DNA of 63,581 bases, filler included, from Octopus bimaculoides (taxonomy: Eukaryota): the NCBI RefSeq assembly GCF_001194135.2. It is 6 parts of 6 records of this genome, joined end to end, with 100 filler letters (N's around TTAATTAATTAA, not from the genome) between each part and the next. Parts side by side here need not be neighbours in the genome. Positions count along the whole stretch, not along the records: positions 32,958 to 56,558 come from NC_068982.1; 5 more parts are not named here. One strand, written 5' to 3'. Below, in pieces: positions 36,908 through 51,430 of the stretch (position 1 is its first letter; each line of letters starts with the position of its first letter). A model generated the notes under the pieces. That model did not search any database and was not told the DNA's origin. It saw only the letters and a program-made list of their open reading frames with translations. The position numbers were made by a program, and so were the translations under genes.

Positions 36908-36955
<48 letters not shown>

Positions 36956-37150
36956 TGTGTTTGTCCCCCCCACCATCACTTGACAACCGATGCTGGTGTG
37001 TTTACGTCCCCGTAACTTAGCGGTTCGGCAAAAAGAGACTGATAGAATAAGTACTAGGCTTACAAAGGATAAGTCCTGGGGTCGATTTACTCGACTAAAG
37101 GCGGTGCTCCAGCATGGCCGCAGTCAAACGACTGAAACAAGTAAAAGAGT
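36746..37150 (+). mobile_element. SINE family B, full length, in an AUP1 intron
   Basis: Intact GGCGCAGGAGTGGCTGTGTGG head and 3' end. Confidence 0.85.
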
Positions 37151-38036
37151 AAATGACTTCTGTAAAAAAAAAAATACAAGAATAAGAAAGAATTCTCTCC
37201 CTTAGATTTCTTACTTGCTCTTGCCTCTAGTGTATTAATCTTTTGGGTAAAGACCCCCTTCGGTCATGAATGGGATTGCACCTAGAAAGTTACCCTCCAA
37301 GGCACAAGTCCGAGCAAAGTTGTTTATGGAAGGCCAGCGGTCACCCATGCATACCAGCCTCCCCACTCCATGCCACTGATGCTATCCAAGAGAAAGGCAA
37401 AGACCAATACAGCTTGGCAGTAGTGGCTTCACCATTTATTTGCTCATTAGTTTTTGAACTATTTCTTCCATAATGTATGTTGATTTTTCTACCTTTGAGA
37501 TGTAATTGTTTTTATGTTTGTATGTGTTATTTTTCTATGGCAACATCCCAGTTTGGCCTATTAGCAAATAATTCTATATGTAATAATTCATGGGATGCAA
37601 ACAGAACAGTGAGAACCCAAACAATAATGTTTCAATTCATTCTTAATATGTTCTGGCAAATTAAAACGTGAATCTGTGAGTGATCAGATATTCGCGTTCG
37701 AGTCTGCTAGAACAGATTAGTATGTATAGATATGTTATAATTCTATCTGTACTTTCATGTAAAAGTATATACATTGCTGGAGGTGTGGCCAGTGGGGGGG
37801 GGGGGTTCCATCTTATACATTTATCTGGAATTTTGGGTGTTAATCTTAAATGTGGAATGATTGTATAAGAATAGTTTATTTAATGATATGAGTAGGCTCT
37901 AACTAGGTAATTGTTATGTAATACACTGGTAGAAACATTCTTGTCATAATTAGTCTTTCTCAAAATGATATTTTTATTTTTATCCGTATGTGTGTATTTA
38001 TGAAAACTGAAATGAAATTATTGTCATTACTTTCAG

Positions 38037-38073
38037 CACCTGGCCATTTTCACTTGACTTTCCATTACAACCT
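38037..38073 (+). CDS. AUP1: AUP1 exon: (C)TWPFSLDFPLQP
   Basis: ttcag/gtaagc; phase 2 to 0; matches human SWPFSIQDVVQP. Confidence 0.85.
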
Positions 38074-38322
38074 GTAAGCAGTATTAAAACTATTTTCCTT
38101 TCCTGTTTAATCTTCAAAACGTTTTGCTTAAAAAAAATGAAAATGCATTAAGTTGCCTTTAAAAGTGATAATCTGTCTGATGACAAAGCTAATATATCTT
38201 CTAAATATTTAAGTCACAAGTATTTTTGTGATTTTTCAGTTTTTAATACTTTTAATTGATGCAGTTTTATTATAAATTAAAATTGTTATTATCCTAACAA
38301 ATCAATTTCAAATTAATTTCAG

Positions 38323-38367
38323 ATGACTCTTCATGTATCTCGGCCAAATATTTTTCAAATTGCAGTG
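38323..38367 (+). CDS. AUP1: AUP1 exon: MTLHVSRPNIFQIAV
   Basis: ttcag/gtaagt; 15 codons; matches human LTLQVQRPLVSV. Confidence 0.85.
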
Positions 38368-39275
38368 GTAAGTTCTTGTACAAAATTTTATCTTGCTGTT
38401 ATTTATTGTTAACTATATTCTTAAAAACTAAAATTACTAATTGTTAAGCAGTCTTTTTTCATGTATACATAAGTGTGTTGTCTTCACTGCCTCACAAGAC
38501 AACAATATGTGAACAACTAAATTAAAAATAATTGTGTGTATGTATGTGCCTATGTTTATATGTCTTCATATTTATATAAGTGATCAAAGATGGTAAAGCA
38601 ACAGAAACCTGAACAAAACATTCTTCTTTACCATATTTTGTTGTTCAAAATTTTCATCCTTGTATGTTGAAGTTCAAATCTTACCAGCATTACCTTTTGC
38701 CTTTCATCTCTCCTCCAAGGTTGATAAACTAAATGCTGGGCATATGATGTGGTTAATTCTGTTGACTATACCATATCCCTACAAATTTGCAGCTTTCTGC
38801 TAATTGAAGAAATTAATTTAGGTAATCTATTATTTATCTAGGTAATCTATTAGATTGCAACTGAGTAAAAGTTGGTTGTCACTAACAAATTGTTAAGACC
38901 CACAGGTGCATGCATGTCTTCATTTATACACTTATTTATATTGAATATGTGTATTTTATACATGTATGCATTTGTTCATCTATTTATCCATCCTTCTTTC
39001 ATTCTTACCTTCCTTCCTCCATCTTCAATCATAAGTGACATGGATCTACAATACACCATTCTTCCATTCATTTCACTTGTGTATCACATATCATCTGTGA
39101 AGCCCAGTGCTGTGAAGTTGTAATTTAAATACTAACACACTGCTTTTAAGTCTTCAGTGTACACTAGATACTCAGTACAAAGTCTGCAACCTGTACAAGA
39201 GATTACTTTCATAAAGAATCATTATTAACTTCAAATGTTTAAAACTAGTCTTATCATGATTCTTATTCTTTACAG

Positions 39276-39349
39276 ACGACCTTAAACAGTCGATGGTGGG
39301 AGGATCTCTTCTGGTGTCTTTTTGTGCCAGTCACTTGGTTTACAATCAG
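39276..39349 (+). CDS. AUP1: AUP1 exon: TTLNSRWWEDLFWCLFVPVTWFTIR
   Basis: tacag/gtgaga; matches human SWVSELLWSLFVPFTVYQVR. Confidence 0.92.
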
Positions 39350-42004
39350 GTGAGACATCTGAATTTATTTTATTCAAATAAAATTCTTTATTTGAACACT
39401 TGGGGCTTTAATCACCTGGGCTAATTTCATTCATTGGAAATTTTATACTGTCCTCATTCTGTATAAAATTGTTTTTTGTACTTTTCTCATTTTAGTTTTC
39501 CATAGGAATTTTGCAGTATTCTTTTTCTGCTAAATAATTAGTATGATAATCTAGATGCACTCCTGAAACTCTGATATGATCATATAGGATTATCTCAGGC
39601 TTCATAATGGTGAAAAGAATAAGACACATTTTCTCATGGACAGAATGTCAATCTAATGCAGATAGTGATTTATGGATAATCTAGCATTTGTTCCTGATAG
39701 CTAGACATACTGGAATATATAGAATTAAGTGTATTCTTTAACTACAAAACAAGGTTTTCAATAGAACTGAACATTAGACCTATGACTAGAGCTGAACACT
39801 AGACCAATGATTGTCATCACTATCGTGACCATTTCACTTTTAAAACTATTAGTTAGAATGTGTCCAGTCAAACAAAGTAAGGCAAATTGAAACAAATTTT
39901 TTTTTTGTCTTTTCTTAACTCATCTGAGGAGGAATAGTATCCATAATGCAAATTCTTCAAGACTTGTGAGATCAATGTTGCTGATATGCAAATTAAACTG
40001 GTGCTCACTTGAACTTGTTAAAAAAAAACATCAGTTAGGAAATTCCAGAAGAGCTACAGTTCTAAGAAAGAATGGTTGTTAAAAATGTTTAGTACAGAAA
40101 TGTAGGGGTGACAATAAGTGGAGGGATGATTTGTGAGCTTGATGACAGGATATATGCTGCTAGCTTGTTCAGCTTGATCATTGAATAGCAGTATAAGATA
40201 GAGTGAGAAGAAATGCAAGCTAATAACTGTAGCACTTTGGTGAGCATGTCTTAAATTATAAATGAAATTGCTGTTATTTGTAATGGAGTGTTGGACATTA
40301 TGTATGTAACAACACTACTATACCTGGTATACAAGCAATATTCCAATGTTAGCTATATTTTAAATTTGTACAGGGTTTTACTTATAGTAAGGGAAAGTTT
40401 CAAGCAGACAAAGCAAGTCATTGTGGATTGCTTCCATCTCCTCTGAAATGTATGAAGGGCAGGCCAATAGTGTTTGTATGGTCAGAGAGGTAACTTTTCT
40501 TAGGAATGAACTTACCACTTGTCCTTCCATAGTTTGAATAGATCCATGTAAAGAAAAGGGTATCAAATAGCTTGATATGGAGAGAAACTGTCTCTGGACT
40601 ACAGTTTAACTGTTTAGCATTTAAACCAGCCATATCTAGCCAAAATATTCTACCTGCATTGTGTTCAAATTGGCCAAATCTGGCCCCTCACACCTATCCT
40701 ACAATGTCATTCTAGAAATAAACTATCATGTCATCAGAATCTTGAACTGACAAGATAATTAATGACGAATTTGAAACAATGACAATTGATGAGCATTACA
40801 TTTAACACGATAATCTGAATGCTAAAGGGTTAAGGGTAATGCTAAATACAGTCAGGATGGGTTGCCATATTGAGTTAGTGGTTGGAAATTATTTCAAGCT
40901 TAACAACTGTGTGTATTTAGTGGTGAGACAGGGAGGTTGTCAGTTCTGTTCTCAATCAAGTAGACTCGGGCAAAAAGAATAATGTATGTTACAGGTAAAG
41001 AAGATAGTAAAATGCCTGAAGTTATGTCAGTAATGTAGCTAACTTAGCCTTCCAGCTATCATATCTTGATTTGTGCTAATTTAATGAAAATCTACTAAAG
41101 AATATTAATCTCTCTCTCTCTCACACACATGCATGCACACACTACACAGGTTACATTAATCCATGAATGTCATACAGTTAAGTGAGAAGGGAAGGATAAC
41201 TATTTGTAAACATTCATTCACTTCCAGTTTGTATGCAAATATTCAAATTTTGCAAAACTTTCCCATCCACCAACATTTACATGAAAATTCATGGTAAACT
41301 ATTAACTGTATAATAATCACAAAACAATTTCAAACATCTCACTGGTGTGCTTAAAGTAGGAACCATGTATTTTAAATACCTTTTATATTTCCTGTTTTGT
41401 TTTTTTAGAATAGATAGTTACTTTTATTAATTTGGACATTTGAATATTGATGAAGCAGTAACTTTTCAGCCTGGATGTTCCTCTTACAATTAATCCTTTA
41501 ATTCTGAAGTTAGAGGAGCTCAATATTTTTGTTGTGACATTTGAACCTTTTAGTTGGTTGTCCAGCACCTTAAATGACCTGGGTGGGTCGGGGATGAATT
41601 CATCTCACTTGCATTTGATTTTTAGTTTGGTTTCTACAGCTAGATGTATTTCCTCATATCAGCTAATTTACATTGTGTACTGGGTATGTTTTCATGATGT
41701 CAGGTCTATAGAGGTAGCCATGTTCTTGTCATGAGTACATGGATCTTGTGATTCCTTGTCTCTGCCTATTTGCCAGCCTCTTTACAAAGTGAGATGCATA
41801 AGTGATAGAGACATTAATGATAGTGGTGATGTATATACATATTTAAGCAGTATACAGTTCAGCGTTCACAGCTATTTATAAATGAAAGGATTTAGTAAAA
41901 ATTAGCTTATTCACATGGCAGTGTGGGAAGAATTTATATTAGATGAGTTTAACATAATTAGGCCTTTAGTATTCAGATTGCTTTGTCAAATGTAATGCTC
42001 CTTT

Positions 42005-42233
42005 ACTCTTTTACTTGTTTCAGTAATTTGACTGCGGCCATGCTGGAGCACCGCCTTTAGTCGAGCAAATCGACCCCAGGACTTATTCTTTGTAAGCCTA
42101 GTACTTATTCTATCGGTCTCTTTTGCCGAACCGCTAAGTTACGGGGGCCTAAACACACCAGCATCGGTTGTCAAGCGATGTTGGGGGGACAAACACAGGC
42201 ACACAAACACACACACACATACATATATATATA

Positions 42234-42279
<46 letters not shown>

Positions 42280-42441
42280 ACAGGCTTCTTTCAGTTTCCG
42301 TCTACCAAATCCACTCACAAGGCTTTGGTCGGCTTGAGACTATACTAGAAGACACTTGCCCAAGGTGCCACACAGTGGGACTGAACCCAGAACCATGTGG
42401 TTGGTAAGCAAGCTACTTACCACACAGCCACTCCTGCGCCT
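42005..42441 (-). mobile_element. SINE family B, full length, antisense in an AUP1 intron
   Basis: Reverse complement of the family consensus. Plus-strand copies lie nearby at ~42822-43180, 46520-46885 and 47970-48365. Confidence 0.85.
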
Positions 42442-44619
42442 TTTATTAATTTGGACATTCGAATATTGATGAAGCAATAGCTTATTAACATTTTTTAAAA
42501 TTCATCATGTATTACCTTGTAGATTTGAGAGTTCAAAGATTAAGTTGTTTATTCTTAGAATAACATTACAGTCTTGGTATGAGAGGCCAGATCTAACCAG
42601 TTTGAACATAAAGTACATGGAATATTTTAAATGCTAAAGGATTAATAGTTAGGATTTATAAATACTCTGGAAATCCACCAAAATGTAGTTAATCTTTGTT
42701 TAGATCTCACCTTTAAATATATCCCTAGTAATCTCCAGATTATCTTCAAATTAAGGAATTTTTATGGAAGATTCAAAGACTATAATGAAGCACTCATTAT
42801 GAAAATACCCTGAACCTTTCATTTGTGTGGGACGGAGTTTGCTTCCCAACCACATGGTTCCAATTTCAATCCCACTGTGTGGCACCTTGGGCAAGTGTCT
42901 TATGCTATAGCCGTGAGCCAACAAAAGCCTTGGTAGATGAAAACTGAAAGAAGCCTTTTGTATGGGTGTGTAGCTTTGTGTCTGTGTTTGTCTCCCATCA
43001 CTGCTTGACAAGCAGTATTGGTGTGTTTATGTCCCTGTAACCTAGCAGTTCAGTGAAAGAGTTCATTAGAATAAACACAAGGCTTAAAAAAATGACTGAG
43101 GTCGATTCATTCAACTAAAATTCTTCAAGACAGTGCCCCAGCATGGGCGCAGTCTAATGACTGAAACAAGAAAAGAAAAACAAAGTTACCACTTCTATCT
43201 CAAAAACTTTCTTTAAACTCTTTAATAGATATTTTCCCCCTTAATCATAAATACCATAAAATTCTTAACCAAAATTCCTTAAAAATATTATATTCAACTA
43301 CCTGAAGCTTTCTCAAATGGTTGCAGCATTCAGTCAGCGGAAACTAAATCTCTAAGAGGTTAACTAAAATATATGTAACTGCAATTTCACTAACCGAAAT
43401 TTATGACGACGACCACCACCACCACCACCACTACCACCACTTAATGTCCATTGTCCATGCTGGCATGGGTTGGGTAGTTTGACCAGAGTTGGTAAGCTGG
43501 AGAGCTTCACCAGGCTCCAGTGTCATTTGGCATGGTTTCCACAGCTGGATGCCCTTCTTAATGCCAACTACTTCACAGTATGTGCTGGGTGCTTTTCTGT
43601 GGCACTGCCTAGGGGCCTTCATGTGCAACTGGCACAAGTGCTTTTTAAATGCCTAGATGAAATTGACAGTCAGTCCTTTTAAAAATTGATTTCCCCATTT
43701 TTAATATCTCAAATAGTAAAACTGCCACATTGTTATCCACTCATATTTAAATATCTCAAAAAATCTTTTCTCTGACAAAACCATATCACACCACAGAATT
43801 GTATGAAATCCTATTTTTCAAACAAAAATTGTTAAATAAATATTCTGAACTGCGATTTTTTACAGTATTACAGTTAATAGATATTTAACTCTTTTCTTAC
43901 TGTATATCTGCCAAAATACTCTTCCTTTGTTTCAATTCATTTTTAAAATAATTAAGAATTTAATAAAATAATTTTGTCATTATTAAGCTACTGCTTGGCA
44001 CTTAAATTAGCATGAAATTTTGATGGGAGATTGTAATTTACCCCTCTAGCATTTAAACTGGCCATATCTGGCCAAAATATTCAGCTCTGTTTTAGCTTCA
44101 AACTGGTCAGATCCAGCCTCTCTCACTTCCACTACAATATTATGCTGAAAATAAACAATCGTCATTGAAATCTCAAAGTTACAAGTTATGCATGACTAAT
44201 TCAAATCAATGTGAATAAATGATCATTACATTTGACAGAGAAATCTAAATGCTAGAGGGTTAGACCACTTTAAAACCGGATGTTTGTGTCCTAGAACCAG
44301 GGACGATCTCAATTGGGTTGGTAACAAAAAGGTTAAATTTCTGAAATATAGATCCATTAATTTCATGAATAGGTAACCTCCTTCCTTTACATCCCTAAAT
44401 TGTTTATATTTTATATTCAATTTGCTTTTCTATCATTACATAATTCTTATTTCATGTATTATGTTCTTAATTTATTCATGTGTATCCTAATTTTTAGAAT
44501 TAATATACTGTATTCTTGCATGTTATAAGAAGTGACTAAAAAGGTTAGCATCAGGTACTGCATCAAAACAATGTCTCAAAATTCATTTCCAGCTTGTGCA
44601 TATATGGAAAAGTAAACCT

Positions 44620-44904
44620 CTCACGGAATATGCTAGTAGCAGTGGCTATTTGATTTATAGTCAATCGCTTGTCATCCATCACCATACAATGAACACAATC
44701 TATGTTTTCCTTGGTGGTAACAGTTGCAGGACGTCTAGACCTTGGGTCATCTTCAAGACACTCCCTTCTCCTTGATTCAATTGCCCACTTTTTGCATTGT
44801 TGATAATGCTAGAGCATCATCCCCTAATGTAGCAACCATGTCAGCATGAATGTACCCTTTTTCTGCAGGTGCTTGATAACGTCATGATGCCTAGTTTTGT
44901 CCAT
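44620..44904 (-). mobile_element. Degenerate mariner transposase N-terminus
   Basis: MDKTRHHDVIKHLQKKG...CLEDDPRSRRPATVTTKENIDCVHCMVMDDKRLTINQIA, matching the mariner EDxPRSGRP motif, with stops/frameshifts. Confidence 0.7.
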
Positions 44905-45189
44905 TTTCTAGAGAAGTTGATACTAGTTACTTTTGAAGTCTTCTTTGAACAGTCAGATGTCAGTTTACTGGTGGCAACAGCACCCCCAGTTATCACCATT
45001 GTACTCCAGTGTTGACTTTGACACAAGTTCTACAGCCAGATGTCCTTACAAACCACAAAACCACTTTATAGCATGTATTGGGGGGGGGGGTTATGGCACT
45101 AGCACTAGTTAGGCTGCTTTGCTGCTTGCATAACTAGGACCCCTTTGACTAAATGGGGCTGTAGTTTAGAGGGAAACAGCTCTATGGTA

Positions 45190-45830
45190 GGAGATGGTAG
45201 GGTTAAAGTATAAGAGAAAGGGCTAAAACAGAACAGGTTTCTTACTGTTGAGCTACATGGTTACTGACATTGTAGAACAGAGGCTGGGAGTGATTGGGGT
45301 GGAGCTTAGGAGAGATAAAAATAGTGGTGATAAGATATCAGGGTGGACCTTCAATGTACAATCTGAATAAATGAGCAGAACAAGTGATATGGGTGGGCAG
45401 AGGTTGCAAGAGGGTAAGAGATGGGATTGAGTGAGGGGTAAATATAAGGAAGAACAGGTGTTGAAGGATAAGTAGGGAAGATAGAAAAGGGTAGCTGACA
45501 ACTGTAGGGTGGAGGGATGGAGTGAATGGTGGATAAGAGATTGGGGTGATCAATGATACATTTGGATTGGAGAAAGTAGGAGAGGGTAGGAAATGATTAA
45601 CTGTGCAGAAAGGGAGAGGTGAAGAGTAACAGAATGGTAATAAAGGAGAGAGGTAAAGGATAAAAAGGAGGAATAAGACATGTAGTTGTTAGTGATCAGT
45701 GTAAAATGGGGGTGGCAAGGACATTATTAAGAATGAAGGGTGAATAAGTGAAATAGTTCCTGGTGGTGAGAAGTGATATCGGGAAAAGGCTGGTGAATTA
45801 AGCAATTCTGATCACATTAAATTACAACAG
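45190..45830 (-). mobile_element. Possible ancient L2-like LINE remnant
   Basis: Purine-rich plus strand; the minus translation LKVHPDILSPLFLSLLSS loosely resembles the L2 linker region. Weak. Confidence 0.3.
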
Positions 45831-46887
45831 CAGAATATTGTAATTAGAGAGATGATGGGTGGTGGGTAAGCTTCTGGAAAATACTGGACAGGAGCCCATT
45901 TATGAATATATATACACATTGTGCTGGCACGCTCTCAGATTCACTAAGATAGGCAGGTCTTCTTGAAAGCCAGATATCACCAATTATTCCAGTCCTTTGT
46001 CATCTCTTCAATGAGGTCAATGTCCTGAGATCAGCCTTCACCAGTTCACAACATATTTCCTGGGTTGATTTCTTCTGCAGGCTCCATCCACTTTAAATGA
46101 TATGCACTTCTTTATACAGTTATCTTCATTAAGAGGTTTGCTTCCCAGCCACATCATTTAGGGTTTAGTCCTACTGCTTGACAACTTGGGCAAGTGTCTT
46201 GTATCATAGCCTCTGGCCAACCAATGCCTTATGGGCGGATTTGGTAAAGCAAAACTGAAAGAAACCCTTTGTATATATGTATGTGTTTATGTGTCATTGT
46301 CCTGACATCGCATGATAGTTGTAAACTGGTACTACTGTCATTTATTTCCAATCTTCTATGAGAAACATGTCAAGCTATGAGGAAATGTTACCTTATCTAG
46401 AAAAAAGTGAGGGTTAGTGAGAGGAAGGGTGTCTAGCCATAGAAAATCTGTCTCAACAAATTCCATCTGACCCATACAAGCATGGGAAAGTAGACATTGA
46501 AAATGATTATATATGTATATAGGCACAGGTGTGACTGTGTGTTAAGAAGTTTGCTTTTCCAACCACATGGTTCCAGGTTCAGTCCCACTGTTTGTCACCT
46601 TGGGCAAGTGTCATCTTCTATAACCTTGGGCTGACCAAAACCTTGTGAGTGGATTTGGTAGATGAAAACTGCATTTGTGTCTGTGTCTGTCCCCCCACAA
46701 CCACTTGACAACTGGTGTCAGTGTGTTTATGTCCCTTTTACTTGGTGGTTCAGCATAAGAGACTGATAAAATAAGTACCAAGTTTAAAAAGAAAATAAGC
46801 ACTGGGGGTCAAATAGTTCAACTAAAATTCCTCAAGGTGGGGCCCCAACATGGTTGCAGTCTAATGACTGAAACGAGTAAAAGATAT

Positions 46888-47856
46888 ATCATCATCATCA
46901 TCATCATCGTTTAACGTCCGCTTTCCATGCTAGCATGGGTTGGACGATTTGACTGAGGACTGGTGAAACCGGATGGCAACACCAGGCTCCAGTCTGATTT
47001 GGCAGAGTTTCTACAGCTGGATGCCCTTCCTAACGCCAACCACTCAGAGAGTGTAGTGGGTGCTTTTACGTGTCACCTGCACGAAAACGGCCACGCTCGA
47101 AATGGTGTCTTTTATGTGCCACCCGCACNNNNNNNNNNNNNNNNNNNNNNNNNNNNNNNNNNNNNNNNNNNNNNNNNNNNNNNNNNNNNNNNNNNNNNNN
47201 NNNNNNNNNNNNNNNNNNNNNNNNNNNNNNNNNNNNNNNNNNNNNNNNNNNNNNNNNNNNNNNNNNNNNNNNNNNNNNNNNNNNNNNNNNNNNNNNNNNN
47301 NNNNNNNNNNNNNNNNNNNNNNNNNNNNNNNNNNNNNNNNNNNNNNNNNNNNNNNNNNNNNNNNNNNNNNNNNNNNNNNNNNNNNNNNNNNNNNNNNNNN
47401 NNNNNNNNNNNNNNNNNNNNNNNNNNNNNNNNNNNNNNNNNNNNNNNNNNNNNNNNNNNNNNNNNNNNNNNNNNNNNNNNNNNNNNNNNNNNNNNNNNNN
47501 NNNNNNNNNNNNNNNNNNNNNNNNNNNNNNNNNNNNNNNNNNNNNNGGGTATTCACATTGACATTACACATCCAACGGAGCATACTGGCTTCATTCCTTG
47601 CGAGCTTACGTATGTCCTCAGCAGTTACAGCCCATGTTTCACTGCCATGTAGCATGGTTGTTCGTACGCATGCGTCATACAGTCTGCCTTTTACTCTGAG
47701 TGAGAGTCCCTTTGTCGCCAGCAGGGGTAAGAGCTCTCTAAACTTTGCCCAGGCTATTCTTATTCTAGCAGCTACACTTTCAGCGCACCCACCCCCACTA
47801 CTAACTTGGTCGCCCAGATAGCGGAAGCTATCGACTACCTCTAGTTTTTCACCCTG
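46888..47856 (-). mobile_element. 5'-truncated RTE LINE spanning an assembly gap
   Basis: 3' end with (GAT)n tail at 46888-47128 and coding fragment at 47547-47856, same strand, either side of the N run. Confidence 0.8.
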
Positions 47857-48930
47857 ATATATATATATATATATATATATAAGGCTAAACTATTACAATG
47901 GGTTTTTTTACTAGAACTATGTGTTTCATCTACCTGTTGGGCCACAGCTGATTCTATATTGTAAACAAGGCACAGGCATGGTTGTAGGGTAAGAAGCTTG
48001 CTTCTCAACCACATGGTTCCAGGTTCAGTCCCACTGCATGACACCTTGGGCAAGTGTCTTCTACTATAGCCTCAGGCTGACCAAAGCCTTGTGAGTGGAT
48101 TTGGGAGGCGGAAACTGAAAGAAGTCCATCACATATATGCATATATTTATGTGTGTGTGTCTGTGTTAGTCCCCCCCCCTCGCCGCTTGACAACCAGTGT
48201 TTGTGCGTTTACGCCCCCGTAACTTAACAGTTCAGCAAAAGAGACTGATAGAATAAGTACTAGGCTTTGAAATAATAAGTCCCAGGGTTGAATTATTCGG
48301 CTAAAAGCTTTCAAGATGGTGCTCCAGTATGGCCACAGTCAAATGACTGAAACGAGTAAAAGAATAAAAGTGCTTCATTTGATACATTCTGTTCTTAAAG
48401 TATGTGAACTCAAATATTTTTCTTATCAGTTGAAAAAGCAATTTATTTATATGCTTAAAACTGTTTTTTGTAGAAGATACATTGATTGCAGTAACATAAT
48501 GCATGTGCCAAAATTCCATATTGAACATCTTTAATCAGAAAGTCTACTTCACCCATGTGACGCTACGTGGGTGAAGAGATGTAACTTCGACTAGAACCTA
48601 CAGACATACTAGAACAGAAAACAGAGGAAATATAACATGCTCAGAGCAACCATGCTGCACCCAAAGTCATTAAACATTACATATTGTAAAACACAATGTA
48701 ATCTACAAGCAGGTACGAGGCAGAGTATAGATTGATATGTGGGTCAAATCTGGATGTTCGACAAACTGTTTCTGTGCATGCATCCATTCAGTTAGCACTG
48801 ACAGAGGCTACACAATAACAATACCAAACAAAATGCTACTTAAACAAGTATACCTTGTTTATAATAGTGCAGAAAATGTGTACTAGTTTGGCTACTGTTG
48901 AAAATGGATTGATAATAAATCTTCAATATA

Positions 48931-49130
48931 CAGGGTGGGTCAAAAGCCATACACCAAAACATTAGACATTTTATTTATATTACATTATTATTGTTATTAT
49001 TCATTTTGTTTATCATGTACAAGTATGTGTGTATTCATCATTATTTTATTCGATTTTAGAAAAATCGAAGCATGTCTGATACTTCTGGAGCATGTTGAAC
49101 TTATTGGTGCATAACTTTTGGCCCATCCAA
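48931..49130. mobile_element. Tc1/mariner-type MITE
   Basis: TA|cagggtgggtcaaaagccatacacca ... tggtgcataacttttggcccatccaa|TA: imperfect ~26-bp TIRs with TA flanks. Confidence 0.6.
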
Positions 49131-49320
49131 TATATACGGATACACATACACACTTGGTTGGTTAAGTGTAACATATTAACTGTAACCGTTTCTCAAGATC
49201 TTAACCTGCATGTTTCATGCATTTTATAGATTTTATAAGTGAAACAGCATTGCTTGGTTTTAAGATCCAAATTGTAACATATCTTCCTCCTTTTTTTTTT
49301 TTTTTTGTCTCTTTTGTTAG

Positions 49321-49481
49321 GTGTTTACCTGTGATGGAAAAGCCTCTATCTGTGTCTGCTGAAGAGTTTTCAGAAGATGTTCGACAGAAAGTTGCTGCTG
49401 ATTTACATTTAATTGCTACAGATTACACAACAGCAGATAAGGCTGAACTACAGAAAAAATATCTCAATAGCAAATTTCAAG
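49321..49481 (+). CDS. AUP1: AUP1 exon: CLPVMEKPLSVSAEEFSEDVRQKVAADLHLIATDYTTADKAELQKKYLNSKFQ
   Basis: Polypyrimidine tract + ttag acceptor, gtaaat donor; matches human EEFALRVQQLVAKEL...TPADKAE. Confidence 0.92.
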
Positions 49482-51286
49482 GTAAATGTTCACCAATAAA
49501 CACTTTTCTTAGTCATTGTTATTAACTAATGGTATTCAGGAAATCATCATCATCATCGTTTAACGTCCGCTTTCCATGCTAGCATGGGTTGGATGATTTG
49601 ACTGAGGACTGGTGCAACCGGATGGCTACACCAGGCTCCAATCTAATTTGGCAGAGTTTCTACAGCTGGATGCCCTTCCTAACGCCAACCACTCAGAGAG
49701 TGTAGTGGGTGCTTTTACGTGTCACCCGCACGAAAATGGCCACGCTCGAAATGGTGTCTTTTATGTGCCACCCGCACAAGAGCCAGTCCAGGGGCACTGG
49801 CAACGATCTCACTTGGCTTGCCGGGTCTTCTCACGCACAGCACATTTCCAAAGGTCTCGGTCAGTAGTCATCGCCTCGGTGAGGCCCAATGTTCGAAGGT
49901 CTTGCCTCACCACCTCAGCCCAGGTCTTCCTGGGCCTACCTCTTCCACGGGTTCCCTCGTGTAACTTAATTTCAACTTTGAATGATTTTCATCATCATCA
50001 TCATCGTTTAATGTCCGCTTTCCATGCTAGCATGGGTTGGACGATTTGACTGAGGACTGGTGATCCAGATGGCTACACCAGGCTCCAATCTGCTCTGGCA
50101 GAGTTTTTACAGCTGGATACCCTTCCTAACGCCAACCACTCTGAGAGTGTAGTGGGTGCTTTTACATGTCACCGGCACGAGGGCCAGTCTGGTGGTACTG
50201 GCAACAGCCATGCTCAAATGGTGTTTTTTTTACGTGCCACCTGCACAGGAGTCAGTCCAGCGGCGCTGTCAACGACCTTGCTCGAGTTTTTTGTTTACAT
50301 GCCACTGGCACGGAAGCCAGACTGCTGCTCTGACAGTGATCTTTTAAATATAATGGCTAACCTTCAACTTTTTTGCCATCCAAGGGGTTTTTTAATCCAA
50401 TATTCTACATGTTATTATTTATAGCTTCATCTACTTGATGTTCCACCATTAAAAATTATTTACTACATATCTACCTGTATGGACAAATATATGTATGTGT
50501 ATAGGTGTAGGCATAGCTGGGTAACAATGAGGTTTGCTTCATAACCTCATGATTTCAGGTTTCTTATCACTGACTGTTGTAACCCATGTAATGTAAAATT
50601 TGCATGTTTAGAAAAACAAAACACCTAGGTTATCTACTCATGAAAACCAACACTTACATTAAGGTGAACATAAGGTATCTCTGAGTAATTAACCAGTGTC
50701 TAGCTTTCTTAATATTACAGCCCATTGTAAGGCAGAATTGTTAGCATGCCAGGCAACATGCTTAGCAGCATTTCGTCTGTCCTTACATTCTGAGTTCAAA
50801 TTCTGTCAAGGTTGATTTTTTTCCTTTCATTCTTTCCGGATTGATAAAATAAGTACCAATTGAACACTGGGGTTGCTGTTATCAACTTACACTCTCCCCT
50901 GAAATTGCTGGCCTTCGTGCCAAAATTTGAAATCACTTTTACAGCCATTAGGCTGTGGTTAAGGTAAATAATTCTCCTTCCTTCAGCCTTTTTGCCTTAC
51001 AAAATAGGTTCATATTTACTTGGCTGGGTGGTTAGCCATTAAGTAGACCATCATATTCCTTACTAGAATACTTGGTTATAGTCTTATGTGGCTTTTAACT
51101 ATGGTGTTGTTTCTAAAGGATACAACAGCTATAGTAAGATTTGAATTTGTGTCTCTATCAGTATGCTATTACTTTAAGTGTATGTATGAATATACAAAAG
51201 GTGAAGAGTAAATTTTTTTCTTATTTATATATGGAAATATATATTTGCATATTTCTTGGTAATCTTATTTATATTATCTAAATTAG

Positions 51287-51430
51287 ATGAGATCACTGAA
51301 CAACACCAACAACATAAAGACCAAGATACTGACCTACTGCTGAATATGGATGCAGAGATGCGAAAGATGGTTACCCAAGTACAGGATGTGTTGCCTAATG
51401 TATCAATTAAAGAAATTACTAAAGTCTTAG
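51287..51430 (+). CDS. AUP1: AUP1 exon, CUE domain N-half: EITEQ...MRKMVTQVQDVLPNVSIKEITKVL
   Basis: ttag/gtttgt; phase 1 to 1; matches the CUE motif QRVKEVLPHVPLGVI. Confidence 0.88.
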
